This document shows, one piece after another, positions 53,603-62,587 of a DNA stretch of 64,000 nt. The position numbers and the translations under genes are program-made. The first letter of the stretch is position 1. Each line of letters starts with the position of its first letter. The notes under the pieces were generated by a model. The model was not told where the DNA came from. It saw only the letters and a program-made list of their open reading frames with translations, and did not search any database. Source of the DNA: a virus; the IMG/VR virus record IMGVR_UViG_3300009183_000002, positions 18,434-82,433 of that record; one strand, 5' to 3'.

Positions 53603-54394
53603 ATGAACCACGCAAGCGTTTGCGCCGTCCTTTCCGAAGATCCTCGTGAAGTATCTACTGGCGTAACATCATCCTGCATCCGTTGTGTTGTAACACTTCC
53701 AGCGGTTAGCAACAAATCTCCAACTTCAATTGAATACAACTCTTATGGAAAAGTCTCTGAACAATTCCGTCAACTTAAAAAGGGAACTCGTGTGTACATA
53801 CACGGCGCCAAGCTACGTTATGACTTGGACACAAGAACGTACGCGTTACATGGCGGATCTTATAGCGAAGTTACGGAAGCATTCCGCATCTATAACACGG
53901 TGATCCTTGCAGGGCGCTGCGTTAAAGATATTAACCATGAAGATGCACGTTCATTTAGAACAACTGCAAATGGTTATATGATCTGTAATCAAACGCTTTC
54001 AGTTAATACTGGTCGCAACCAAGGAGATCTCTTTAACTTTTATGCAATCAATTCCTCTGAAGATAAGTTTAACCAAGCAGAGCTGCTTGCAAACTTTACA
54101 CGTAAAGGAATTGGTTTGACAATTGAAGGGTGCTTGGTCACCGACTCATGGATTGACCAGAACACCAAGGAGCGCCGGACTCAGACCAAGATCCAACTGA
54201 CCACTATGACCTTGGCACCAAAGCCAACCGAGAATGCTCCTGTTGTAAAACCACAAACAACGGTTGCATCCGGTGAAAATGTTGCTAGTCTATGGGGCGA
54301 TGCTGACGTATGGAACCAAGCTGCCAACACTGGTTTGCCTGAGCTTCCTGGTCAGTACGGCACCGCACCTAGCCTAGAAGAAGCTCCCTTCTAA
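53603..54394 (+). CDS. ssb: Single-stranded DNA-binding protein with two tandem OB folds
   Basis: LKKGTRVYIHG and NTVILAGR...RKG...IEG.L..DSW.D; C-terminal EEAPF. Confidence 0.75.
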   Translation: MNHASVCAVLSEDPREVSTGVTSSCIRCVVTLPAVSNKSPTSIEYNSYGKVSEQFRQLKKGTRVYIHGAKLRYDLDTRTYALHGGSYSEVTEAFRIYNTVILAGRCVKDINHEDARSFRTTANGYMICNQTLSVNTGRNQGDLFNFYAINSSEDKFNQAELLANFTRKGIGLTIEGCLVTDSWIDQNTKERRTQTKIQLTTMTLAPKPTENAPVVKPQTTVASGENVASLWGDADVWNQAANTGLPELPGQYGTAPSLEEAPF

Positions 54395-54406
54395 CTCATG
54401 TGTAAT

Positions 54407-54433
54407 GGACCTGGGATGTCCTTAAACTCATCC
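54407..54433 (+). ncRNA. H-type pseudoknot element, copy 6
   Basis: GGACCTGGGATGTCCTTAAACTCATCC. Confidence 0.6.
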
Positions 54434-54454
54434 ACGCTTAACCCTGAATTAACC

Positions 54455-55468
54455 ATGACTTCTCTAATGACTACCAAGAAAACTTCTGCACTTGCAACAC
54501 GTGGACTCGATTCATTCCGGTTGTTTCAATCCAAAGAATTTGTATCCGGATACCAAAATTTCATCACAATGCAACCTCTTAACAAATCAAAAACAAGAGG
54601 TTGGTTTGTTCGAAAGTCCGACTTGGAAACTTGCAAATGGAGTGCAACCGAAGATCAGTTTGCTAAAGGTTCAGTTATCTGGGACTACAAGCAAACTTTC
54701 GGTATGGCTCCCAACACTACAACTGAAGAAGGGCTTAATTTTGTTGCACCTCGAATGCAAATCCTTTTGGTTTCTCCTCTTATGGTTGAGGAAACATTTG
54801 ACAAAAAACAAACAATCGGACAATTTGATGATGAAGAAGTGATACCAAAATGGAACGCTGACAAACTTGCCGCTGACTTAGCACAAAGCAAAGGTGAAAT
54901 GTACAAGCGTAAGTACACTGTACGTACCAAGTACTTGATTTATATGCTTACTGAAACTAATCAACGTGCTCATGAACTTCCTATCGTGCTCAGCATGAAA
55001 GGTTTGAATGGTACTGATCTTGCTGACAAACTTAAACTGTATGAAAAAGAAATGTCTAAATGCTTAAGCAAAGCTTTAGACACTGAAGTACCCTTGAAAT
55101 TTAATGAAAAGTTTTATGCAACTACCATCTTTGCTCCAGTTCTAGCTAATGAAATGCGCGGCGCTAACAACGTTGAGATCTGCGCAGTTGAATCATTTGA
55201 CATTCCTGATTACAGTAATCAAGAAACTGCAATTGAGTCACTGAATCGCTTGTCGATTCTTGATGAAGATCGTGAGTTTACTTGGAAGCGTCAAGAGCTG
55301 TTCTTTGATTACATCAATCAACATGCTCGGCAAGATGCTGAGAAACTAAACGGTGCTTATGGTATCAAACCCGGAGTTGAAATCCTGCCTGTTTCTAGGA
55401 CTTTGCATACAGAAGTTAAAATGCTTTCTGCTCGTGATCCAATGACTGGTGAGGACGAATCATTGTGA
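54455..55468 (+). CDS. DUF5895-like protein
   Basis: PR..IL..SPL, RTKYLI..L...N...H..P..L..KG..G motifs. Confidence 0.55.
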   Translation: MTSLMTTKKTSALATRGLDSFRLFQSKEFVSGYQNFITMQPLNKSKTRGWFVRKSDLETCKWSATEDQFAKGSVIWDYKQTFGMAPNTTTEEGLNFVAPRMQILLVSPLMVEETFDKKQTIGQFDDEEVIPKWNADKLAADLAQSKGEMYKRKYTVRTKYLIYMLTETNQRAHELPIVLSMKGLNGTDLADKLKLYEKEMSKCLSKALDTEVPLKFNEKFYATTIFAPVLANEMRGANNVEICAVESFDIPDYSNQETAIESLNRLSILDEDREFTWKRQELFFDYINQHARQDAEKLNGAYGIKPGVEILPVSRTLHTEVKMLSARDPMTGEDESL

Positions 55469-55720
55469 TTTAACTGGGGGATTAGCCAGGTCATCTTGAT
55501 TAACTGCAACGTTATTAAAGATGAACATATCTTGGACTAATCCCCTGATACATCCTTGTCTAGTTGTGGCGATCTGCGCAAGCAAGGTCGCCATTTCTTT
55601 CAACACACTAACTGAATTACAATCTTGGATCGCACGTTTTGTTTTTTCAAACCAGAACTTATCATCAATTGATGGTTCGATTTGGAACTGAGTCAACGGA
55701 ACGTACTTGATCTCTTCCAT
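55460..55720 (-). CDS. Second, divergent NblA-like protein
   Basis: PSIDDKFWFEKTKRAIQDC.SV..LKEM...L...R two-helix pattern. Confidence 0.45.
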   Translation of the reverse strand: MEEIKYVPLTQFQIEPSIDDKFWFEKTKRAIQDCNSVSVLKEMATLLAQIATTRQGCIRGLVQDMFIFNNVAVNQDDLANPPVKSQ

Positions 55721-55761
55721 TGTTTATTAAATTGTTACGTTAATTGTACAACCATTCAATC

Positions 55762-56703
55762 ATGACAACTCAACTAACAACTCTTAATGCTGCCCAAGCT
55801 TGTATTTACACCCGTTCAAATTTACTCCGTGCTTTCCAGGAGTTTGATGACACGGATATCACTGACATTAGTCTGCGAGATGACACTTGTATTGTGGTGC
55901 GTACTGATGGTAGTGAGCAAAGCTACCCCAGAGAAACCATTAAGACAGCCTATCAAAGTTACACCAATCGTCTTAAAGATTTCTTTGCATACCTTGGTCC
56001 CAACTACAGAGGCCCTAGTATCTGGCACCAGAATGCCTATATCATGTTTAAAGGTTGGAACTACACCCACTCCCTTGGTCACCTGACATCTAATGCAAAG
56101 CTCCAATCCCACTGGATCGACAAGTTCATCCACCTCTCAGACCCACAGAAAGTCACAACGTTACTTCAATCAGATCAGACTGATATTGGGCACTTGGTTG
56201 CCCCAGATGGGCTGCGGCTTCCGACTGGACCGATTGACTTCAGCTCTGACAGTGAACAAGAATCCAACACAGGATCCCCTGCGCCTGAGCCTTACTGTTC
56301 ATGTGGGTCCTTTCAACGTCAGCTGGCAAACCTCAGTGATTTCCAAATGGAAATTAAGGGCTATAAACCAGGATGCATCCACCTAACTTGGTTCTATAAG
56401 TATCGGGAACTGCTATGCCATCGCACAGATGTACGCAATAAGTTTCCTGGTGGTTCACCAGATACATGCGTTGCTTGGTGGTACGCGCCTCCCTCAGATC
56501 ACATCAGTGACGGACGCTTTGTTCTGTTGCATACCAAGTCAGGGGCACAGGCACCGCTAAGTCATTGGCGTGCATACAAACCTAAAGAAATTTTTACACA
56601 ACACAATGCATGGGATTTGTTTTCCAGTATGCTAGATGCGGGTTACGTCCCGTTCCCTGGCACCTCACTTCCACAACTAGCCAACGCTGTTAAAAAACAA
56701 TGA
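55762..56703 (+). CDS. SWIM zinc finger protein
   Basis: YCSCGSF...PGCIHL. Confidence 0.65.
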   Translation: MTTQLTTLNAAQACIYTRSNLLRAFQEFDDTDITDISLRDDTCIVVRTDGSEQSYPRETIKTAYQSYTNRLKDFFAYLGPNYRGPSIWHQNAYIMFKGWNYTHSLGHLTSNAKLQSHWIDKFIHLSDPQKVTTLLQSDQTDIGHLVAPDGLRLPTGPIDFSSDSEQESNTGSPAPEPYCSCGSFQRQLANLSDFQMEIKGYKPGCIHLTWFYKYRELLCHRTDVRNKFPGGSPDTCVAWWYAPPSDHISDGRFVLLHTKSGAQAPLSHWRAYKPKEIFTQHNAWDLFSSMLDAGYVPFPGTSLPQLANAVKKQ

Positions 56704-56921
56704 AATTTGACTTTGTAGATTGGATTGTTCCTATTTATGTTGTAACGGTTCTAGCCGTTATTACAATTGGTCCCATTTCTTTTTTCATTAAAACAATGAC
56801 AATCCAGCAAGCGCTTAACAAACAATGTAAGACTAACTACAGTATTCTTCAAGTCGCTGTAGCAGGAGATAACTTGTCTCGTATCTGCCGTATGGAAAAC
56901 CAAACCATTACAATCAAATGA
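56700..56921 (+). CDS. Small membrane protein
   Basis: N-terminal TM. Confidence 0.6.
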   Translation: MKFDFVDWIVPIYVVTVLAVITIGPISFFIKTMTIQQALNKQCKTNYSILQVAVAGDNLSRICRMENQTITIK

Positions 56922-57109
56922 TTCAAGCAATTTCAGTTGTACCACCTAACTATCCTTTAGTTTATGCCAAGCTTTCCAGATATGTTGCAATCGTTAATGT
57001 ATTACTAGAACAGCGATGTTACCTTCAGGCATCATCTGAAATAGAAGAGGCAATGAAAACTATTGAAACATTTGAAAATTTAATGTACACACTTTCTCCA
57101 AATGACTGA
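56918..57109 (+). CDS. Hypothetical protein
   Basis: ORF, ATGA coupling. Confidence 0.5.
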   Translation: MIQAISVVPPNYPLVYAKLSRYVAIVNVLLEQRCYLQASSEIEEAMKTIETFENLMYTLSPND

Positions 57110-57200
57110 ATGTGCTGACCCTACTACTTGGGCAAATGTTGCAAGCCAACTTATTTGGACTAGTGCTTTTTGTTTTTTTCTTTGGCGAGTTTCACGATGA
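57102..57200 (+). CDS. 32-aa hydrophobic peptide (MTECADPTTWANVASQLIWTSAFCFFLWRVSR)
   Basis: Hand-translated; coupled to both neighbours. Confidence 0.45.
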   Translation: MTECADPTTWANVASQLIWTSAFCFFLWRVSR

Positions 57201-57391
57201 CTAATGACACATCTTGGGTAAGCAAAATGACTATTGAATGCATTGAAGAACCAAATGGCGGCATGTGCATCCGCTTTGACTGGGACGAAACGGATCCCGA
57301 GCTGGCCTTGTGGACCGGCTGGGGTGAGGAAGGGCAACGCGCATTTGTCCTCGACGCACTGAACCGTGCTACCGAATACTACTTGGGTTGA
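57197..57391 (+). CDS. Hypothetical protein
   Basis: E.NGG..I.FDWDETDP motif. Confidence 0.6.
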   Translation: MTNDTSWVSKMTIECIEEPNGGMCIRFDWDETDPELALWTGWGEEGQRAFVLDALNRATEYYLG

Positions 57392-57409
57392 CAGACCTGG
57401 TAGACTCAA

Positions 57410-57438
57410 CGTCCTGGTCATGACGTAAAAAGGACCAG
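57410..57438 (+). ncRNA. H-type pseudoknot element, copy 7
   Basis: CGTC/GACG; CTGGTC/GACCAG; TAAAAAG linker. Confidence 0.65.
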
Positions 57439-57458
57439 CCCTCATCTCATTACAAATC

Positions 57459-57578
57459 ATGTTCGAAGCCATTGCCTCATTCGTACTTCCCGTACTCAAA
57501 GACATTCTTTGGGCAGCATGCGCAGCATTGCTGGCCTATGCACTAAACAAAATTCAATCCCACTTCCAGGTAATCTGA
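57459..57578 (+). CDS. 39-aa membrane peptide (MFEAIASFVLPVLKDILWAACAALLAYALNKIQSHFQVI)
   Basis: Hand-translated. Confidence 0.55.
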   Translation: MFEAIASFVLPVLKDILWAACAALLAYALNKIQSHFQVI

Positions 57579-57581
57579 ACA

Positions 57582-58283
57582 ATGTCACAACTTACCGAAG
57601 CAAAACTTAACAACCTCAACGTACTTAAACTTTACGAACACTACGGAGCATTAGAGCGCAGTCTTCCTCTCCTCACTCCTGAATCCCAGGAGTTGGCCAA
57701 AGCTGAACTGGAGACTTGCGCAACGTTACGGTCAGAGAAGATCGATAGAATCCATTATGCAATGGCTGCGCATGAAGACGCAATCGAACGTATTAAAAAA
57801 GAAGGTGGTCTCATTGCAGATGCCAAGCGTCACCATGAGTCCCAGCTGCGATCCCTCAAAGGATTGCTAAGCTATCTGCGTCGGTCACTACCTATTGAAA
57901 GCAACAAGATCACAGGCCGCAACTACGAATTTACACTGATTAAAAAGAAGGAGTTAACTGTTGAAATCCAATCAGATCCAGACGTTTGGCAAACTGAAGA
58001 AAGAACAAATTATTGCATTGAACAAGAAGTCACTACAACCAAACAAATTGTGTTACGTTCAATGTCAGGAGAAGTTCTCGAAGAAAGAACCGAACCCTCA
58101 ATTAAAACCACTGTTGTACCAAATCTCGATGCCATACGCAGCGCCTATCAAACAGGTAGACTCTTACCGACTGGAGTCAAAGTCCTTCAAGAATACAGTA
58201 TCCGATCTAAACGAATCTATGACAAACGTGGCGTGGAACTGGAAGCATCCGAATATCCAGGACAGTTTCTACCTGAAGATTGA
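57582..58283 (+). CDS. Siphovirus Gp157/Mu Gam-like coiled-coil protein
   Basis: EKID.I......I..IKKE.......K.......LK..L; LPTGV. Confidence 0.65.
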   Translation: MSQLTEAKLNNLNVLKLYEHYGALERSLPLLTPESQELAKAELETCATLRSEKIDRIHYAMAAHEDAIERIKKEGGLIADAKRHHESQLRSLKGLLSYLRRSLPIESNKITGRNYEFTLIKKKELTVEIQSDPDVWQTEERTNYCIEQEVTTTKQIVLRSMSGEVLEERTEPSIKTTVVPNLDAIRSAYQTGRLLPTGVKVLQEYSIRSKRIYDKRGVELEASEYPGQFLPED

Positions 58284-58536
58284 AGCACCAAAAAATACTG
58301 ATGATGCACGTATTAAGATGACGTGCCACCAACATGCAGTCAATGATTTTGAATTACAGATTTCAATGAATGAAATGGAGGTATCTCGTTTAAAAGAAAA
58401 TGATGATGTCCTACCGTATCACCTAGACAAAGTTGATGAACTAGAAGAAAAGAAACTTAAACTTTTTCTCGGGAAGCGTTTTCACCAAAACGCGACCAAT
58501 GCATATTGGTTCTGGTTAGCTAAGACTGGTAAGTAA
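58219..58536 (+). CDS. Hypothetical protein
   Basis: ORF; start moved to ATG 58219. Confidence 0.55.
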   Translation: MTNVAWNWKHPNIQDSFYLKIEAPKNTDDARIKMTCHQHAVNDFELQISMNEMEVSRLKENDDVLPYHLDKVDELEEKKLKLFLGKRFHQNATNAYWFWLAKTGK

Positions 58537-58556
58537 ACTGACATACAATTAAAGAT

Positions 58557-58832
58557 ATGAGTAACAGTCCCATGGCTAATGATGACCTGACCAAACTATT
58601 GGCTGGGTTTACCAGCGATGGGACTCCTCTTCAAGCATTGGTTGGTTCCAAGATGGAGTGGGGTGTCACCATTCTTACTGCAGCAATGCTGGCTAATGAA
58701 AACTTGGCTGCTGGAATGACGGCAGAAGAAATGGTTGATGGTGGAATTAATTATTACAATGTGATTCAAGAACGGCTTGGGTACTACCAACAACACCAAG
58801 CTGTATCGTTAGAAAAACTTTTAGGTAATTAA
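58557..58832 (+). CDS. Hypothetical protein
   Basis: ORF. Confidence 0.65.
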   Translation: MSNSPMANDDLTKLLAGFTSDGTPLQALVGSKMEWGVTILTAAMLANENLAAGMTAEEMVDGGINYYNVIQERLGYYQQHQAVSLEKLLGN

Positions 58833-58865
58833 TCTGCTAACCTACTCAAGTCTTTACCACCACCA

Positions 58866-59063
58866 ATGGAACCCGTTTACGTACCAAAGTTGACCGTAAC
58901 TTTTACGGTTGAACTTGAAGTTGAATATGATCCTTTCAAGGGTCGCACCACAGATCAAACAGCTGCTGGCTTAGTGGAAGTAGCTGAGAATCTACTCTGG
59001 GAAACAAGCCCCAAAGTAACATCTGTTGTCACAAACATCATTGCAGTACACTCCAATGACTGA
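58866..59063 (+). CDS. Hypothetical protein
   Basis: ORF. Confidence 0.6.
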   Translation: MEPVYVPKLTVTFTVELEVEYDPFKGRTTDQTAAGLVEVAENLLWETSPKVTSVVTNIIAVHSND

Positions 59064-59403
59064 AGACGCTACTAGCAAAGGTGAGCTGTGTAAACGCAAG
59101 TACAGTGTACGTACCAAGTACCTTTTACTTAAAAAACTTAATACAACTGGTGCTTTTGATACACCATGGCTTAGGGAACAGCTTGAAAATTGGGACGTTG
59201 TTGCGGAACAAAAGAAAGCTGACTTCATGGAACATATGTACCAGGTGTACAAGCCTGTTAACAAATGTTACACCGGACTATGGCAGCGCTTCTGTATTCA
59301 AGAAGCTGGCCCTGCTGCACGGGAACAGTACTTTGAAATGTTAGAAGCTATCCGCATGTACGAAGAACAACAAGCCAAGGGTCTTGACACTATCGAACTT
59401 TGA
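59056..59403 (+). CDS. Hypothetical protein carrying a 16-codon fragment shared with the DUF5895-like gene
   Basis: ORF; KADFMEHMY.VY.....YTGLWQ. Confidence 0.6.
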   Translation: MTEDATSKGELCKRKYSVRTKYLLLKKLNTTGAFDTPWLREQLENWDVVAEQKKADFMEHMYQVYKPVNKCYTGLWQRFCIQEAGPAAREQYFEMLEAIRMYEEQQAKGLDTIEL

Positions 59404-59410
59404 CCTATAG

Positions 59411-59448
59411 TTGGGGGCACACCACGCCAGTGGGGTCCCCCATTTTTT
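59411..59448 (+). terminator. Possible rho-independent terminator
   Basis: TGGGGGCACCAC-loop-GTGGGGTCCCCA then T-run. Confidence 0.5.
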
Positions 59449-59892
59449 ATGACTACTCAACTCCCTGAAGATCCACTTAAGAACATCATTACATGGCAAA
59501 CCGAATACAAACAAATCAAACAAGAGTGTGGAGTAGCTGAGATGGATACTCCTGGTACTACCAAGGATTCACGCGAAGCATTGCACGACACCAGTAACGC
59601 AACCGATGCCATAAAAGATTGGCGTACTTTCTGGAAAGATGTGTTGGATGAACCAGGGACCGGCTATTATTCTGAAGATGAATTAACCGAAGCAATCAAC
59701 GCACAAAAAACAATGGCCAAACAAAAAGCTGTTGATGATTTTCTTGACACACTTTGTGGTGCATTAGAAGAGCTGAGTGGTGAAGAAGTCTTTGATTGTT
59801 TCTTTGAGGCTGTGCAAAGTCAATTTGACTATACAAAAAAAGAACATGACAAAACTAGTGAACTTCTAGATCTATTGGCTGGACTCAAATGA
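59449..59892 (+). CDS. Hypothetical acidic protein
   Basis: ORF. Confidence 0.6.
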   Translation: MTTQLPEDPLKNIITWQTEYKQIKQECGVAEMDTPGTTKDSREALHDTSNATDAIKDWRTFWKDVLDEPGTGYYSEDELTEAINAQKTMAKQKAVDDFLDTLCGALEELSGEEVFDCFFEAVQSQFDYTKKEHDKTSELLDLLAGLK

Positions 59893-60149
59893 AAACACCT
59901 AAAGAGCCCACGCCATTGCAGCTATTTAAGCAATGGAAAAAATACAATCTTGCAGCAGATAAAGCAAAGGCTGAAAAAAAAGTGTTAGACGCTATGGCGT
60001 ATAACGCTGGAAATCTTTGTAGAACCCGTATTACTGTAGATGGTTTTATTTATGAACTGACTGCAAGAAGGGGTAACTACAGCTGGAACGCAGACCTTGT
60101 GGTAACAAAACTTGGTTCAGTTGAAGAGTTTACTAAGCTAGTCAAATGA
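59889..60149 (+). CDS. Hypothetical protein
   Basis: ORF, ATGA coupling. Confidence 0.55.
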   Translation: MKTPKEPTPLQLFKQWKKYNLAADKAKAEKKVLDAMAYNAGNLCRTRITVDGFIYELTARRGNYSWNADLVVTKLGSVEEFTKLVK

Positions 60150-60337
60150 TTAAACAACATATTGCCTGGGTGTGTTGCGACTGTGGTGAGAAGTATGGTA
60201 AGTGGTACCAGGAGGGTGAGTATATAGGACCAAGTAGTCACTATTCCACCATGCACTATGACACTTGTGATGTGTGCGGTAAACATAATGTCCCTTGCAC
60301 TGAGCCAAGGGACTATGGGTACCTACGTGACAATTAA
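60146..60337 (+). CDS. Small zinc-ribbon protein
   Basis: WVCCDCG...TCDVCG...TEPRDYGYL. Confidence 0.7.
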   Translation: MIKQHIAWVCCDCGEKYGKWYQEGEYIGPSSHYSTMHYDTCDVCGKHNVPCTEPRDYGYLRDN

Positions 60338-60615
60338 ACAAACACCCGATATGGATTAGTGGGAGTTACTAAGTATTCATCCCACCCTTGTGGTAAGTTG
60401 CCAGCAAAGTTGACGTGCCAGCCATCGAGAACCTCAGATGCAACGATCACGTTGCCAGTCTTTGGGTCGTACTCACCGCCACGGGTGATCGTGCCAACAA
60501 CGTCAATAGCGTGACCGTGGGTGTAGGCAGTCAGCGTGTCGTCAATCAAGAACCCAGCCTCAGTGGCAGCAGCGGTCCAGGCGGATTCGTCGGGGAAGCG
60601 TAGGAAGTTCATCAT
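60334..60615 (-). CDS. Fibre-associated small protein
   Basis: FLRF.DE...AIDVVGTI...DGWHVN...P..P.RVF; follows fibre gene. Confidence 0.65.
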   Translation of the reverse strand: MMNFLRFPDESAWTAAATEAGFLIDDTLTAYTHGHAIDVVGTITRGGEYDPKTGNVIVASEVLDGWHVNFAGNLPQGWDEYLVTPTNPYRVFV

Positions 60616-61937
60616 TGGGTTATCTGTTGCAAAACAGGGTCCGGCAACCGAGCGGGCCAGTAAGTGAGACGGCGTATTGATGTATTGGAATATGTGCCAG
60701 CCCCCGTGGAATTAGAGCCGATAAAAATCCGGTCAATGCCAACAGAAAGCAAGCCAGATGTATCAGGAGCACCGCTAGCCAATACGCCTGCGTTTGCCAT
60801 TGAGAAATAATTAGAAGCGTACGAAAAACTAGTTTTTAGCTGCGTTCCGTATGTATAACTAGGTGAAAAAGCAGCCTGCTCACTCCCTCCACTGATAAAT
60901 CTAGTCCGTCGCGTATTTGTGCCGTGGTCGAGAAGCATACGGTTGTTATTGCTTCCGTCTGAAAAGGTAAGAACTGAACCAGTGGAATAAATACCAGGGG
61001 CTTCCGCAAACACCGTTCCCTCCGTCTGGTTATACCAGGAGCTAAAGTTCGACCCGGTAATGCTGGCCACATCTGCGGCGCGGGTTACGGTTGCGGTGGT
61101 GGTGGGGATGTAGGAGGTGGGAAATGCTCCGGCTTCTAGTTGGGCGCCCCACAAGTAGATGGCTTCGTCCCCTGTTCCGGTGTATGTTTGAGCGGATCCA
61201 GTCAAACTGGAGCCAATTCGCATTGTTACAGTTCCAGGTATTGCGGTTGTCGTAGCAGTAGCAGTGCAGCGATACCATCCATTAGGTAGTGCTTGAATTG
61301 TTCCAGTTGCATTGGCTGTTGTTCCAACAGTACCATTGTTTAAGTCAAAAAATACGCTTGCGCCTGTTCCAATTCCCCAAGATGTGTTAGGCGCAAAAAC
61401 CAATACTCCGTAGTTTTTACTTCCTTTTTTCATAAAACAAGTAAACGTATGCGATGTGCTTCCAGCAAGCCCAGATACGGCTTGTGTAAAGTTGTGAGTT
61501 TCACTGATTGCTGTATCTACAAGTGCATCGGCAGTCGACGTGCCATCAGGCGCCACGGCAACGTTCGTGTTTTCGCTGCTACCCGCGTTAGTCCAAGTAG
61601 TTGAGAAATCTTGTGATTGCAGAATACTGTTTGTCCGCGCCTCTTCCACCAGCAGGCCGAGGCTTTCGCCCGTTGTTGGGTTGTGGTCGAAGCGTGGCTC
61701 GTTGGTGGTTGCCGTCTTGATCAACCCATCGCTGCCGACATACGTGCCGCTGCTGGCGCGGGTAAAGGTGACAAGGTTTTGGCCAGTTACACCATCAACC
61801 AGTGATTTATTATCAGCTAGTTGTAGGTCAAGACTAGGAACAGCTCGGGCATTACGCCACAACGGATTACGCACCCACGGGCCAGCAAGCGCACCACCAG
61901 GGGCAACACCAGTACGAAACGCTGCTGAACCACGCAT
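60612..61937 (-). CDS. Tail/head fibre with carbohydrate-binding and LamG-like domains
   Basis: TFTRAS...PRFDH...GLLVEEARTN, NGWYRC, WGAQLE.G.F.TSYIPT....TRAAD. Confidence 0.8.
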   Translation of the reverse strand: MRGSAAFRTGVAPGGALAGPWVRNPLWRNARAVPSLDLQLADNKSLVDGVTGQNLVTFTRASSGTYVGSDGLIKTATTNEPRFDHNPTTGESLGLLVEEARTNSILQSQDFSTTWTNAGSSENTNVAVAPDGTSTADALVDTAISETHNFTQAVSGLAGSTSHTFTCFMKKGSKNYGVLVFAPNTSWGIGTGASVFFDLNNGTVGTTANATGTIQALPNGWYRCTATATTTAIPGTVTMRIGSSLTGSAQTYTGTGDEAIYLWGAQLEAGAFPTSYIPTTTATVTRAADVASITGSNFSSWYNQTEGTVFAEAPGIYSTGSVLTFSDGSNNNRMLLDHGTNTRRTRFISGGSEQAAFSPSYTYGTQLKTSFSYASNYFSMANAGVLASGAPDTSGLLSVGIDRIFIGSNSTGAGTYSNTSIRRLTYWPARLPDPVLQQITQ

Positions 61938-62587
61938 TACAGACCAGCCTCTAATGTGCTCACTCGCAATTCAACCGTGCTGGCACTTACGGGTGTGTAG
62001 GCCCCACGGGTTTCAATTTCGGTAAACAAAGACGTACTAGCTGCGGCAAGTTTGATTAGACGTCCAGGGTAATCAACTTGGGTGTAGATTGTGCTCCCAA
62101 AATCTTGAGGAGAAGACAAGTCAACGTAGCCCATGTACGCAGCACGATCACCACTGACTAAATCAAATGGTGCGTTATCAGCAATTGCAGTGGGAGAAGT
62201 ATTGTAAAAATGAATACGGAATGCGCCCATGCCAGCAGGCACAGTGCTATCACTAAAGATTAAAGCTGCGGATTGAATGAGAATATAACCAGCAGAAGGA
62301 CCAATACCGCTGAGTGTTAAAATTGCACTGCCGCTAGTACTACCTACTACATCACCAGCGGTGTAGGCAGTGGTGTTACTGGGCCTAGTAATTGTAACGG
62401 TAGAGCGATATGCTTTGCCGTCAACAGTTAAACTGCTATTGGCATCGTTAACGGCAATAGAAGTTCCGCTCGCAGTAGTAACAGTGACGGAAGTTCCGGA
62501 AATAGTGTTGACTGCAAGGGGAATACCGCTGACAGTACCAACTCTAATTACTTCGTATAACTGAGAATTTTCCCTAACTAACGGCAT
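61937..62587 (-). CDS. Virion structural protein
   Basis: ITRPSNTTAYTAGDVVG motif, beta-rich. Confidence 0.65.
   Translation of the reverse strand: MPLVRENSQLYEVIRVGTVSGIPLAVNTISGTSVTVTTASGTSIAVNDANSSLTVDGKAYRSTVTITRPSNTTAYTAGDVVGSTSGSAILTLSGIGPSAGYILIQSAALIFSDSTVPAGMGAFRIHFYNTSPTAIADNAPFDLVSGDRAAYMGYVDLSSPQDFGSTIYTQVDYPGRLIKLAAASTSLFTEIETRGAYTPVSASTVELRVSTLEAGL

Noticed and set aside
39984-57438. Pseudoknots as preQ1-I riboswitches or pistol ribozymes
   Set aside because: They resemble only the stem-plus-AAA portion; conserved ligand or catalytic nucleotides and extra stems are missing, and downstream genes are unrelated to queuosine
57961-58218. Long 5' extension of the 58536-ending ORF
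   Set aside because: TTG start deep within the Gp157-like gene; ATG 58219 is more plausible
54887-59121. Duplicated fragment as a DGR template/variable repeat pair
   Set aside because: Mismatches are not adenine-specific and no reverse transcriptase is present in the window
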